Positions 9,883 to 22,021 of a stretch of 64,000 bases of DNA are shown one piece after another; position 1 is the first letter of the stretch; each line of letters begins with the position of its first letter. The notes under the pieces are model-generated. The model saw only the letters and a list, made by a program, of their open reading frames with translations, did no database searches and had not been told where the DNA came from. This stretch comes from Squalus acanthias (taxonomy: Eukaryota). Position numbers and translations under genes: made by a program. The stretch spans positions 1-64,000 of the forward strand of contig JASTWF010000349.1 in NCBI GenBank assembly GCA_030390025.1, in the 5' to 3' direction.

Positions 9883-9922
9883 GCAAGTATCAGAAACACA
9901 AGGAGTGAAGAGTAACACTGCA

Positions 9923-12552
9923 CCTTACACTGGTACAGTGAGAGCAGTGCCCCTTACACTGGTACAGTGAGAGCAGTGCCCCTTACACTGGTACAGTGAG
10001 AGCAGTGCCCCTTACACTGGTACAGGGGGAGCAGTGCCCCTTACACTGGTACAGGGGGAGAGCAGTGCCCCTTACACTGGTACAGGGAGAGCAGTGCCCC
10101 TTACACTGGTACAGGGAGAGCAGTGCCCCTTACACTGGTACAGGGGGAGCAGTGCCCCTTTCACTGGTACAGGGAGAGCAGTGCCCCTTACACTGGTACA
10201 GGGGGAGAGCAGTGCCCCTTACACTGGTACAGGGGGAGACTCGTGCCCCTTACACTGGTACAGGGGGAGCAGTGCCCCTTACACTGGTACAGGGGGAGCA
10301 GTGCCCCTTACACTGGTACAGGGGGAGAGCAGTGCCCCTTACACTGGTACAGGGGGAGCAGTGCCCCTTACACTGGTACAGGGGGAGCAGTGCCCCTTAC
10401 ACTGGTACAGGGGGAGCAGTGCCCCTTACACTGGTACAGGGGGAGCAGTGCCCCTTACACTGGTACAGGGGGAGCAGTGCCCCTTACACTGGTACAGGGG
10501 GAGCAGTGCCCCTTACACTGGTACAGGGGGAGCAGTGCCCCTTACACTGGTACAGGGGGAGCAGTGCCCCTTACACTGGTACAGGGGGAGAGCAGTGCCC
10601 CTTACACTGGTACAGGGAGAGCAGTGCCCCTTACACTGGTACAGGGAGAGCAGTGCCCCTTACACTGGTACAGGGGGAGCAGTGCCACTTACACTGGTAC
10701 AGGGAGAGCAGTGCCCCTTACACTGGTACAGGGGGAGCAGTGCCCCTTACACTGGTACAGTGGGAGAGCAGTGCCCCTTGCACTGGTACAGGGTGAGAGC
10801 AGTGCCCCTTACACTGGTACAGGGGGAGAGCAGTGCCCCTTACACGGGTACAGGGGGAGCAATGCCCCTTACACTGGTACATGGGGAGAGCAGTGCCCCT
10901 TACACTGGTACAGGGGGAGAGCAGTGCCCCTTACACTGGTACAGGGGGAGAGCAGTGCCCCTTACACTGGTACGGGGGAGAGCACTGCCCCTTACACTGG
11001 TACAGTGGGAGCAGTGCCACTTACACTGGTACAGGGGGAGAGCAGTGCCCCTTACACTGGTACAGGGGGAGAGCAGTGCCCCTTACACTGGTACAGGGGG
11101 AGACTCGTGCCCCTTACACTGGTACAGGGGGAGAGCAGTGCCCCTTACACTGGTACAGGGGGAGAGCAGTGCCCCTTACACTGGTACAAGGGGAGCAGTG
11201 CCCCTTACACTGGTACAGTGAGAGCAGTGCCCCTTACACTGGTACAGGGAGAGCAGTGCCCCTTACACTGGTACAGGGGGAGAGCAGTTTTCCTTACACT
11301 GGTACAGGGGGAGAGCAGTGCCACTTACACTGGTACAGGGAGAGCAGTGCCCCTTACACTGGTACAGGGGGAGCAGTGCCCCTTACACTGGTACAGGGGG
11401 AGCAGTGCCCCTTACACTGGTACAGGGGGAGAGCAGTGCCCCTTACACTGGTACAGGGGGAGACTCGTGCCCCTTACACTGGTACAGGGGGAGAGCAGTG
11501 CCCTTTACACTGGTACAGGGAGACCAGTGCCCCTTACACTGGTACAGGGGGAGCAGTGCCCCTGACACTGGTACAGGGAGAGCAGTGCCCCTTACACTGG
11601 TACAGGGAGAGAGCAGTGCCCCTTACACTGGTACAGTGAGAGCAGTGCCCCTTAGACTGGTAGAGGGAGAGCAGTGCCCCTTACACTGGTACAGGGAGCG
11701 CAGTTCCCCTTACACTGGTACAGGGGGAGAGCAGTGCCCTTTACACTGGTACAGGGAGAGCAGTGCCCCTTACACTGGTACAGGGGGAGCAGTGCCCCTT
11801 ACACTGGTACAGGGGGAGCAGTGCCCTTTACACTGGTACAGGGAGAGCAGTGCCCCTTACACTGGTACAGGGGGAGCAGTGCCCCTTACACTGGTACAGG
11901 GGGAGCAGTGCCCCTTACACTGGTACAGGGGGAGCAGTGCCCCTTACACTGGTACAGGGGGCGAGCAGTTCCCCTTACACTGGTACAGGGGGAGAGCAGT
12001 TCCCCTTACACTGGTACAGGGGGAGAGCAGTGCCCTTTACACTGGTACAGGGAGAGCAGTGCCCCTTACACTGGTACAGGGGGAGCAGTGCCCCTTACAC
12101 TGGTACAGGGGGAGAGCAGTGCCCCTTACACTGGTACAGGGGGAGAGCAGTGCCCCTTACACTGGTACAGGGGGAGAGCAGTGCCCCTTACACTGGTACA
12201 GGGGGAGAGCAGTGCCCCTTACACTGGTACAGGGGGAGAGCAGTGCCCCTTACACTGGTACAGGGGGAGAGCAGTGCCCCTTACACTGGGACAGGGGGAG
12301 AGCAGTACCCCTTACACTGGTACAGGGGGAGAGCAGTGCCCCTTACACTGGTACAGGGGGAGAGCAGTGCCCCTTACACTGGTACAGGGGGAGAGCAGTG
12401 CCCCTTACACTGGTACAGGGGGAGAGCAGTACCCCTTACACTGGTACAGGGGGAGAGCAGTGCCCCTTACACTGGTACAGGGGGAGAGCAGTGCCCCTTA
12501 CACTGGTACAGGGGGAGAGCAGTGCCCCTTACACTGGTACAGGGGGAGAGTG
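9923..12552. repeat. Minisatellite, 29/31-bp unit ccccttacactggtacagggg(ga)gagcagtg
   Basis: About 88 tandem copies fill nearly all of intron 9883-12589. They produce the repetitive ORFs between 9996 and 12928. Confidence 0.97.
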
Positions 12553-12589
12553 TAAGGTACTGGGACTGAACCAATGTGAATCATTTCAG

Positions 12590-12688
12590 TTGCTGACGTA
12601 CCCATTGAAAAACTGTCCTCGCTTTGATGAGTTGACCCAGGAGACGCAGATTTGCCCAGAATTCATCAACAAAACAGTGGAGAACCAG
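12590..12688 (+). CDS. Acid phosphatase coding exon (exon 5 equivalent)
   Basis: atttcag|...|gtatgt; 99 nt; LLTYPLKNCPRFDELTQETQICPEFINKTVENQ with the conserved CPR. Confidence 0.93.
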
Positions 12689-12929
12689 GTATGTGTCATA
12701 GCACCAGTCGCCAAAGCCTGCTACTTCCACCCGCCCTCTCGCTCGTGCACTCACTCTCCCTGCGTATCTCACTCTGCGTATCTTCTCTCTCTCCCTCCTT
12801 TCTTGCAAGTCGCTCTCAGTGTGCCTATCTCTGCATTTCTCTCCACCTCTCCTTCCTTCTCTGCAGCCCCCTCACTCTCTCTGCGGCCCCCTCGCTTGCT
12901 CGGTCTCTTTCTCCCTCTCTGCGTCTAAA

Positions 12930-13425
12930 CCTGATGCTGATATGATCACTGTTCCCCAAATGCTCTCCCACTGAAACATGCTCCACTTGCCCCATTTCAT
13001 TCCTCAGAACTAGATCCAGCGCTGCTTCCTTCCTTGTTGGGCTGGAAACACACTGATCAAGAAAGTTCTCTTGTACACATTTCAGGAATTCCTCCCCCTC
13101 TTTGCCCTTTACACTGTTACTATCCCAGTCTATATTAGGATTATTGAAGTCCCCCATTATCACTACTCTATGGTTATTGAACCTTTCCACAATTTGCCTG
13201 CAAATCTTCTCCTTCATCTGCTTCCCACTGTTTGGTGGCCTATCGTATACCCAGCAGTCTAACAGCTCCTCTATTGTTCCTTAATTCTAACCAAATAGAT
13301 TGTGCCTTTGACCCCTCAAGCACACCATCGTGCAACTTTCATCAATACTGCCAGCCCCCCACCTCCCTCTACTTTTTTTCCTTCCCTATCTTTCCTGAAT
13401 CCTTTGTATTCAGGAATATTAAGTT
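12930..13425 (-). mobile_element. CR1 LINE fragment, apurinic-like endonuclease region
   Basis: Minus-strand translation VVIMGDFNNPNIDW...FLKCVQENFLDQCV..PTRKEAALDLVL...LGNSDH. Confidence 0.85.
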
Positions 13426-13430
13426 CCCAT

Positions 13431-13979
13431 TCATAGAATCAGAAGGAGGGCATTAGGCCCATTGAGTCTGTGCCAGCTCTTTCGAAGAGCAATCCAGTTA
13501 GTCCCACTCCCCCGCTCTTCCCATATCCCTGCAAGTATTGATCCAATTCCCTTTTGAAGGCCACTATTGAATCTGTATCCACTATCCTATCAGGCAGTGC
13601 ATTCCAAATCCTCGTGTCGCCTCTGGTTCGTTTGCCAATCACCTTAAATCTGTGTCCTCTGGTTATTGACCCTTCAGCCATTGGAAACAGTTTCTCCTTA
13701 TTTACTCTTATCAAAACCCTTCATGATTTGAAACACCTCTATCAAATCTCCTCTTAGCCTTCTCTGGTCTCAGGAGAACAACCCCAGCTTCTCCAGTCTC
13801 ATCACATAACTGAAGTCCCTCATCCCTGGAACCATTCTAGTAAATCTCTTCTGTACCCTCTCGAAAGTCTTCATGTCCTTTTTAAAGTTTGGTGCCCAGA
13901 CTTCTACACAATACTCCAACTGGGGCTGAACTACTGTTTTATATCGGTTCAGCATAACTTCCTGGCTTTTGTACTCTAT
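13431..13979 (-). mobile_element. CR1 LINE 3' end (piece 1 of an interrupted copy)
   Basis: ORF2 C-terminal motifs PQLEYCVEVWAP, ERVQKRFTRMVPGM, TRGHRFKV and IWNALP, with the 3' tail near 13431. Confidence 0.85.
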
Positions 13980-15692
13980 GGCCGGAATTTCCGGGGTGGT
14001 AGCGGGTGCGATCGGTGGGGGGTCGGGTGGGAAAGTTGTTATTTTTGACAGCGGTCGGATGACAGACGCGCCTTTCCCCCAGGCGCATCTGTCAATGCGG
14101 AGCCGACCTGACCGGCAGTGGCGGGCGACCCAATTGAAATCATTATCAGGTAGTTTACAGGCACTTGCGAGCCTTTTTACAGTTACTTCTTAAGTTTCGC
14201 TGCATGGCCACAGGATTCACGCAGCTCGGGAACCACGTCTGTCAACCTGAGGTGTGAGTACTGTGGCCATTGCTCCAGCTGATTACTTGACAGCATCAAA
14301 TGTTCAGTAAAAGCTCCCACCTGACAGACCATCACTTTCCTCAGGCAGAAGCTCAGTCCATTTCTAGCAGATTCTGCAGGCTGCAAGTCTTTCCAGCAAA
14401 GTCTCCATCCAGTCTCACCTCATTGGAAGAACTCTCTCACCACTGACAGAATGCTTCTGTCATCTGTACTTCACCTGCCATCTATTCCAGCAACATGGGT
14501 GCCGTTTATACTGTCTCACCTTGGTCCTCAGAATCGGACCACGATCAGCCCCAACACCAGCAGCACCCGGCACACCAGCAGCACCAACAACACCAACCTT
14601 CTCCGCAATTACCTGATGCTGCACAGGACACAGGGCATCAGCCCCCGAGCACATTGCTGCCCAGGAGGCCAGGGATGGCCTCATTGTGGCCAGATTTAGT
14701 TAACTTTACGCTGTACACCCATATGGCTGCCACATGATGTGCTAGGTTGGCACCACCTCACACCAACAGCATAAAGCATCCCTACAGTGACCAAGCCATT
14801 ACTGTACTTTCACACTCCTCACTATTGCGGGGGGTACCGTTATGTCTCACGATTCACTGCAACTCACTGAGCCACTTATGTTTGACACCACATTAACAGA
14901 AACTTTACATAAACATTGGATAAAACACCCAACTGGCTACCCTTGTGTATTGTTAGTTGGTATGATTGCACTAGGATGAGTGTGAGTGTAAGGGGTGGCT
15001 GGTGAGATGGGGATGTGATAATGTCGATACAGAGGGATGGGTGAAGGTGCAAGGTATGTTGGTGTGAGTAAGGATGTGCAGGAGTAGGGTTGGAAAGGCA
15101 GAGTGATGGGGATGTGATGAGAGGCACAGCAGGATGAAGTTGAGTGTGGCTTTCTACTAACACTTCCTGCTCATGAGATTATTGAAACATTTGTGGCACT
15201 GCACCCAGGTCCTCCTGAACAAATTCCTGCTTGTGACCGCCTCTGCAATCTCCAACCAGGCTGTTTTGCTCTCCTGGGGAGGGCTCTTCCACCCATCAGA
15301 AGGGAAGAGGACCTCCCTGCGTGCTCTGACTCCCTCCATAAGCATATGGAGGGAGTCATCGGAGATCCTGGGTGCAGCCCTCTGCCTCTGTGCAGTCATT
15401 GTCAGTGTTTGCAGCACTCCAATGCTGTAGTGTACTGACAGCACTATGTTAGATTAAATATCAAATCTAATGTGGCCATGGTCCCTTTAAAAATCTCAGC
15501 TGAAAATGTGTCATGAATGACTTCACCAGACCCGCTCCATCTCATTGGGCCGGGTAACGCACTGGGCGGGCTTAAATAGGCCCCATTAAGGTAAGTTCAT
15601 TTTCAACAGCGGGATGGAGCCAGCAGCGGGGTCGCGACCCCCCCATGGACACCACCCGCACCGCACCCGCCCAGGTAGGCAAAATCCCAGCC
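13980..15692. mobile_element. PIF/Harbinger-type DNA transposon, internally deleted non-autonomous copy (~1.7 kb)
   Basis: Imperfect TIRs ggccggaattt / aaaatcccagcc; cleanly interrupts the CR1; carries a Myb/SANT-like ORF remnant. No DDE transposase core is visible. The TSD is degenerate (tat/tgt). Confidence 0.7.
15157..15399 (-). pseudogene. Myb/SANT-like DNA-binding protein remnant (Harbinger accessory ORF)
   Basis: MTAQRQRAAPRISDDSLHMLMEGVRARREVLFPSDG...KTAWLEIAEAV...RRTWVQCHKCFNNL fits the Myb/SANT-like trihelix pattern. Confidence 0.75.
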
Positions 15693-16240
15693 TGTACCTC
15701 TATTTATAAAGCCCAGGATCTCACATGCTTTATTAACTGCTTTGTTAATCTATCCTGCCACCTTCAAAGATTTGTGCACAAACACCCCCAGGTCTCTCTG
15801 TTCTTTCACCCCCCCCTTTAAAATTGTACCATTTAGTGTGTATGGTCTCTCCTCATTCTTCCTACCAAAATGTATCACCTCACACTTTTCTGCGTTGAAT
15901 TTCATCTGCCATGTGTCCACCCATTCCACCAGTGTGTCTGTGTCCTCCTGAAGTCTATTATTATCTTCCTCACTGTTTACTACACTTCCAAGTTTCGTGT
16001 CATCTGCAAATTTTGAAATTGTGCCCGGTACCCCCAGGTCCAAGTCAATAATGTATATCAAAAACAGCAGTGGTTATAGTATTGAACTCTGGGGAACTCC
16101 ACTGTGTCCCTCCCTCCAGACTAAAAAAAACCAGCCATTCACCACAACTCTCTGTTTTCTATCCTTTAGCCAATTTTGTATCCATGCTGCTACTGCCCCT
16201 TTATCCCATGGACTTCAATTTTGCTCACCAACCTAATATG
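15693..16240 (-). mobile_element. CR1 LINE RT fragment (piece 2 of the interrupted copy)
   Basis: IYIIDLD...ISKFADDTKLG...WVDTWQMKFNAEKCEVIHFG; colinear with piece 1 across the Harbinger insertion. Confidence 0.88.
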
Positions 16241-19200
16241 TGTTGGACTGCTTTCTTCTTTTTTTGTCTTGTTACTTTAAATGCCAGATTACACACACAC
16301 TCAGTTGTAGCAGTACAGGATCAGAACTTTATTGAAACCTCATACCATCCACAACCAGTATGGGCTCTTTGAGATCTACATCACGACTCCAGAGTGAGCG
16401 CAAGCTGCTAAACCGTGGTTCACTCACATCTCTTATACCAAATTTCACCTTTGATCACCACCAATAGATAATTTTCGAAAAAATCCCATTATATTACCAT
16501 TTCATCTCATTCATGAGCCCTGGAGAAACTTTACCATCCAATACAAAATGATCATTACTACTTAACCTTTTATTGGACCTTTTATTTCTCAAAATATTCT
16601 AGAGAGCAATTCAGTCAGCAAGATATGAGGGATGTTGGTTGCCTTTAACACAACAGTCATCCCCAAAAACTTCTTTCTTAACATAGTTTGGACAGAAACC
16701 ACTTACTTTTCAAAAATAAAATTTAAATTATTCCCTTAAATTTCAGGTAAATTTCCCTTCCTGAGTGCTTGAACAGCAACTCTTATCAATTTATCTCATC
16801 AATTTTAATTTCACAAACAAATTGTGCCCAGGCTTGGTGGTTTTACAAAGGAGACAGAAGTAGTTGTGTTTGGATGTATAGAAACATAGAAACATAGAAT
16901 CTAGGAGCAGGAGTAGGCCATTCGGCCCGTCGAGCCTGCTCCGCCATTCAATACGATCATGGCTGATCATCCAAATCCAGTACCCTGTCCCTGCTTTAAT
17001 CCCCACAGTACACATATCCCACCCTACCCCCGTAACCCCACGTATTTAATTCCCCCTAACATATCCCATCCTATCCCCATAACCCCACATATTTAATCCC
17101 CCCTAACACTAAGGGTCAATTTATCATAGCCAACTCAACCTAACCCACACATTTTTGGACTGTGGGAGGAAACCGGAGCACCCGGAGGAAACCCACGCAG
17201 ACACGGGGAGAATGTGCAAACTCCACACAGACAGTCACCCGAGGTCAGATTCGAACCCGGGTCTCTGGCGCTGTGAGGCACCAGTGCTAAGACTGTAAGT
17301 CTTATATCTTCCCCTTGGACGATGACAAATGACTTCAATCCAATCCAAATAGCTTCAATCCAAGCATTGGAAAGGCAAAGTCTTGAGTCTCGTTTTTGTC
17401 ACCAAGCTGCGACATTTGAGATCCATCAATGTCTGCAGATAAGAACTTAAAAGTCTCCAAAGAACCATGCTTGGTAATCTTGCACCATTAACACACACAT
17501 GGTCCTCTGCTTAAAAGAAAAAACAGAAAATCCATTGTGGCTCCTGACAGCTCAATGGGTTAACTTGTCATTTGTCAATTTCTGATTCCCTTCCGTCAGG
17601 AGAAATATCCATTCAAATTAAGAAACTTAAAATTTAAAAAATGCCCAAAATGTTTATATTCAACAATGCAAAAGTTGTTGCTTGGTGAATTACAAACTGA
17701 GCTAATCCGGTACTAGGAAGCAAAAAACAAACACAGCTGCTTGTAGAAAGAGTTAACTTTTTTTGCATTTCAAAAGAAGACAAACCCAGACATCATCAAT
17801 CAATGCAAGCTTGTGTCACACAGCCTCTCGCAACTTTCAAGTAAACTTAAAAACTTTTGCCAAATAAAAAAACACTGTTACTTTTGCAAAGTCCTCATGC
17901 CTTTAAAACTTACAAAGATCCTGATCAATTCAATTCAGCAGGTAAAAAGAGCAGAAATCATTAGTAACACCACCATCAACTTTAAACATTCTGTGAAACA
18001 ATTCTGTAGTACAATCCAACTCCAAGATGTCTTCAGATCGTTATCACACACAGCAGTAGCATCCCCCCCTTTTTTTCTCTCTGATCACACATTCCAAGAT
18101 GATTAACCAATCAGAATCAGCTCAAAGCATTGAGTACTTTGCATTGGTCAGAAATTCCAAAGAAATGCCAATTATTTAGTGACTGCCCATGTCCAGAACT
18201 AGAGACTTTCACACAATGTACAACAACCAGAATTTCACCATGGCCTTAATAAAAATCTGGTTTTCACAATTTAATAGGTAAGTTAACCTTAATAACTCAA
18301 TTTAATTCAAACCAGTATCTTAAATTCAATACAGCTTGAAAAAGAGGGAACAGGCACAGCCACAGTAACATTCACACTGAAAACAAAAACCTTCTGTAGA
18401 ACAGTAGAAAAGAAACATGATTTTCCCTTTTCTTCTTTATTCCATTATAAACTATTTATTCTTTTCCCCTTAAACCAATTTTTAATTTCTGATGTTTTCT
18501 ATTGAATCCCATTCCATACTAATTCAAAATCTTAAGCTCACAGTCCGTGTCCTCAACCAAGCCTGTAACCTCCTGCACAATTCTTAACACTTTTCTCTGG
18601 TATATGGGAGGGGTCTAACGACATAGAGTAAAGGGTGACGGGAACGCTGAAGGTCAGTCGAGAGTCCCAATTCTTTACTCGGTTCACCCTTCGGAACTGC
18701 TATAACTTGCCTCTCGCAAAATTTTCAACATTCCAACTTCCATTTCGTATCCCTTTAGACCATGCTTACAACTCCCACATTTTAGCTTTTCACTGAACAT
18801 CTCATCAGTTCTGAGACAACCCATTCCTACAGAAAGTGCTTCTGAGCAAGCTTCCCCCATTGCTTTCATCTCTAACTGTTTCTGCGTCAGTTTCTTAGTA
18901 ATTGCTCCTCGTGCGTCTGGGGTGATGGGGTACTGTCTCTGATGAGGGGGGTCCCCTTTCTCCAGGACCACCTCAACCTTCACTTGTCCGGTGGACCCTG
19001 TGTCACTCGAAGATATTTCCTGCTGCCCTTCCACACATGCCTCGATAAGGGTACGGCCGCCCCTATCCTGAAGTAACATTGGGTTAAGGTGCAGCTTCCC
19101 TATTGCAATTCTGACTCACTAGCTGAATCTCCCCCTGACCTAACCAACTGGATCGAGGTCCCATTCCCGTCTATGATTCTTGCTTCCTTTTCCCAAAACT

Positions 19201-19928
19201 TTAACTTTTCTTTTAACTTCTCCACTTCTTTAGCCAATCTATCTCTGTCCTCTTATCAACCGCCTGGTCCCGCTCCCTTCATGTGACCCCCTCCCAGGAT
19301 TTACCCACTCAGGCCTTTCTGCCTTCCATCGCTGTAACCCCTGCCTCACTTCCTGATACAGGCTACCCACCCTTGCCATCCATTTATCAAAAAAAATTAA
19401 GATCCTGAAGCGGTGCAGGTCCCACTTCACCAAGGATAGCTCTCATGTCCTGTAACTTTACCCCTCCTCGCTCACGCCAGGAATCCCCAGAAACACTAAA
19501 GGTAGCGTTCCCTTCTGAATCCCCAACATTAGACACTGTAACACTAACACTTTTCTCTTTTTATCACTTTTTAACCCTAACACCTTAATCTTTTTTAATT
19601 GGACTAAGGACTGCCGTATCTCTCTCCCTCCTCCTGTCATCATATCCTGCCCTATCCCATAGGGGCCCCCTTTAGACTCAATCCATTTATTAATAAATGA
19701 TCGGACCTCGTTCGGAATATTCTCTGATCCTCCCATTGCTAACTGGAGATCCCTTTAAGTTGCGACAACCAAGAGAATACTCCCCGCTTGAACTGATGTG
19801 TAGGAAACACTTCCTCGAACCCACTCCAACTTTAATGAAATTCAAAAATATCATGTGGGACCAACTCACACTTAACGAAATTTGAAAAACATCACATCTG
19901 GGTCATCAAGATGTTGAACTGCTTTCTT
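16241..19928 (-). mobile_element. Internally deleted LTR retroelement or ERV-like element with long LTR and tRNA-Trp PBS; 5' LTR truncated to ~17 bp
   Basis: 17-bp direct repeat at 16241-16257 and 19912-19928 (1 mismatch) marks the LTR end. PBS-like TGATGACCCAGATGTGAT (minus strand, 19891-19908) is 15/18 to the tRNA-Trp PBS TGGTGACCCCGACGTGAT. PPT AAAAAAAGGGGGGGA (18062-18076) abuts TG. AATAAA on minus at 16328-16333. Peptide GDPPHQRQYPI resembles a retroviral RT N-terminus. Confidence 0.65.
16879..17290 (-). mobile_element. tRNA-derived V-SINE (HE1-like) with CR1-derived tail
   Basis: B box GGGTTCGAATC on the minus strand (~17248-17258); V-domain tgtgtggagtttgcacattctccccgtgtctgcgtgggtttcctccgggtgctccggtttcctcccaca; tail of (tatgtttc)-type repeats. 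Confidence 0.85.
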
Positions 19929-20390
19929 TATCAAATGCCTTTTGGAAGTCCATATACATCAACTGCACTGCCCTCATCCACCCTCCCTGTTACCTCATCA
20001 AAAAACTCAACCAAGTTGGTCAAACACGATTTGCCCTTAACAAACCTCTCCTTTATTAGTCCATGCTTGTCCAAGTACCTGTTAATTTTCTCCCAGATTA
20101 TTGTTTCTAAAAGCTTCTCCACCACCGACATTAAACAGACTGGCCTGTAATTGCCGGGTTTATCCTTCTCCCCTTCTTTTGAACAAGGGTGTAACATTTG
20201 AAATCCTCCAGTCCTCTGGCACCACCCCTGTATCTAAGGAGGATTGGAATACTATGGTCAGCACCTCTGCAATTTCTACCCTTACTTCCCTCAGCAACCT
20301 CGGATGCATCCCATCCGGACCGGGTGATGTAGCAACTTTAAGTACTGTTAGCCTTTCTAGTACCTCCTCTTTATCTATTTTTATCTCATC
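19929..20390 (-). mobile_element. CR1 LINE RT fragment (piece 3 of the interrupted copy)
   Basis: KDKPGNYRPVCLMSVVEKLLE...FVKGKSCLTNLVEFFDEVT..VDEGSAVDVY; colinear with piece 2. Confidence 0.88.
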
Positions 20391-20486
20391 TCAGGAATTG
20401 CAGACTATGGGTCGCAACTGTCCCTCTTCTAATTAGAAACTTAAAATAAACTTCTTAGATACAAGGTGATTATTTATATAATTGCT

Positions 20487-20755
20487 CAGGGACCTTCCCT
20501 CTGACGGGGGAGGAGGGGTGTAACTGTGACCCCCTCAGGGACCCTCCCTCTGACGGGGGAGGAGGGGTGTAACTGTGACCCCCTCAAGGACCCTCCCTCT
20601 GACGGGGGAGGAGGGGTGTAACTGTGACCCTCTCGGGGACCCTCCCTCTGACGGGGGGGGGGAGGAGGGGTGTAACTGTGACCCTCTCAGGGACCCTCCC
20701 TCTGACGGGGGAGGAAGGGTGTAACTGTGACCCCCTCAGGGACCTTCCGTCTGAT
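20487..20755. repeat. Minisatellite, 49-bp unit, ~5.5 copies
   Basis: cagggaccctccctctgacgggggaggaggggtgtaactgtgaccccct repeats at 20487, 20536 and onward. Confidence 0.92.
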
Positions 20756-20824
20756 GTACAACACCCTTTTGCCAATGAACTGACGCACTTTCTGACGTGA
20801 TGTGTTTACTGGTCGTTGGTCTAG

Positions 20825-20920
20825 GACTTTCTGAACATGTTAGCTGAAATGACGGGGATTCCCTGTGAGGAATTCTCAATGATGTACGTGTGGATGATTC
20901 ACGACATCCTGCTCTGTGAG
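20825..20920 (+). CDS. Acid phosphatase coding exon (exon 6 equivalent)
   Basis: ggtctag|...|gtgagt; 96 nt; DFLNMLAEMTGIPCEEFSMMYVWMIHDILLCE aligns with the recalled ACP2 segment FLDMVANETG...VWNVYDTLFCE. Confidence 0.88.
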
Positions 20921-21254
20921 GTGAGTACTACAGACTTGTGACAAACTGAATTTTTTTACAGCAGCCTGAACTGGAAAGTACACGAGGGGATGGCGACAGT
21001 GGATAGGAGTTTGTATCTGCATGCGCTTCCCTCCCTTTCAGGGCGACTGCTGTGCCCACCCATCCCCCTCCACCCCGCCCCATTGGATCCTCCTGTGTGG
21101 TTTCAGTTTGATTTCAAACAAGCCTTTGGATCACCTGGACTGAGGAGAGAAGAGGGGATGGTGCTGAGCAGAGGGCTCGGGGGCTGTGGGTAAACCCAGG
21201 CTGGCATGTGGTGGGGGGCCAACAGAAAGTAATCAAAACACTAAGAAGAAGGAT

Positions 21255-21395
21255 GTGCATTTATATAGCGCCTTTCACAACCTCAGGACGTTCCAAAGCG
21301 CTTCACAGCGAATGAAGCACTACTGACGTGTAATATAGGAAACGCGGTAACCAATTTGTGCACAGTAAGATCCCACAAACAGCATTGTGACGATA
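21255..21395 (-). mobile_element. 3' fragment of a SINE with an L2-derived tail (DeuSINE-like)
   Basis: The minus strand ends ...aagcgctttggaacgtcctgaggttgtgaaaggcgctatataaatgca, similar to the L2 tail at 8670-8715. Confidence 0.6.
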
Positions 21396-21819
21396 GATGT
21401 GGTGTCTGGGAGTTGGGAAGCCGTTGTAGTGTCGTGGTGGGGGGGGATGTCTAGTCTCTAGGGGGGCTATGGTGTGTAGTGTCTGGGGGTGCGTAGTGTC
21501 CTGGGGACGGGTTGTGCAGTGTCCTGGGGGGCGGGGGGGGGGGGGGTACGTCGTGTCTGGGGGTGAATTGCGTCGTGTCAACTGGCTCTGTGCTAACCCA
21601 CATGCTCTGCGAGGATCACTGGATCGTCATGATGAGCAAATGCCCTGACACAGTTGCTCATCAGGGTACTAAGACCAATTGTGCTTTCCCTACCACTTCT
21701 ATGAACAAAAGCAGCTAGCTGGGCACAGATGGGATGAGATCTGGGCCCCTTCTGGTTTGTGAGGGATGTGGGGGGACCCAGACCAAATATTAACTATTTC
21801 TTCCATCTTACTTGGGCAG

Positions 21820-21952
21820 CAAATTCACAACTTCACTCTGCCTGCCTGGGCGACACCACGAGTGATGGAGCGTCTGAACAAACTGATGAATTTTGCCATC
21901 CTGTCTCAGTTTGGACTCTACAGGGTAGAAGAGAAATCGCGGCTCCAAGGGG
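21820..21952 (+). CDS. Acid phosphatase coding exon (exon 7 equivalent)
   Basis: gggcag|...g|gtgagt; 133 nt; QIHNFTLPAWATPRVMERLNKLMNFAILSQFGLYRVEEKSRLQG(G); ends in phase 1. Confidence 0.95.
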
Positions 21953-22021
21953 GTGAGTGAGGGCCGAGGGTTTGAGCTGGGGCGTGTAGAGGAAATGAGA
22001 TGGAGAAAGACGGAAGAGTAA

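Noticed and set aside
9996..12928. Overlapping 260-540 aa ORFs in all three + frames
   Set aside because: They are translations of a stop-poor 29/31-bp minisatellite. Only 12590-12688 is a real exon.
16241..16257. 17-bp direct repeat with 19912-19928 as a LINE-type target-site duplication
   Set aside because: The adjacent Trp-type PBS and TG terminus fit an LTR end better, and the repeat does not look like the flanking CR1 sequence.
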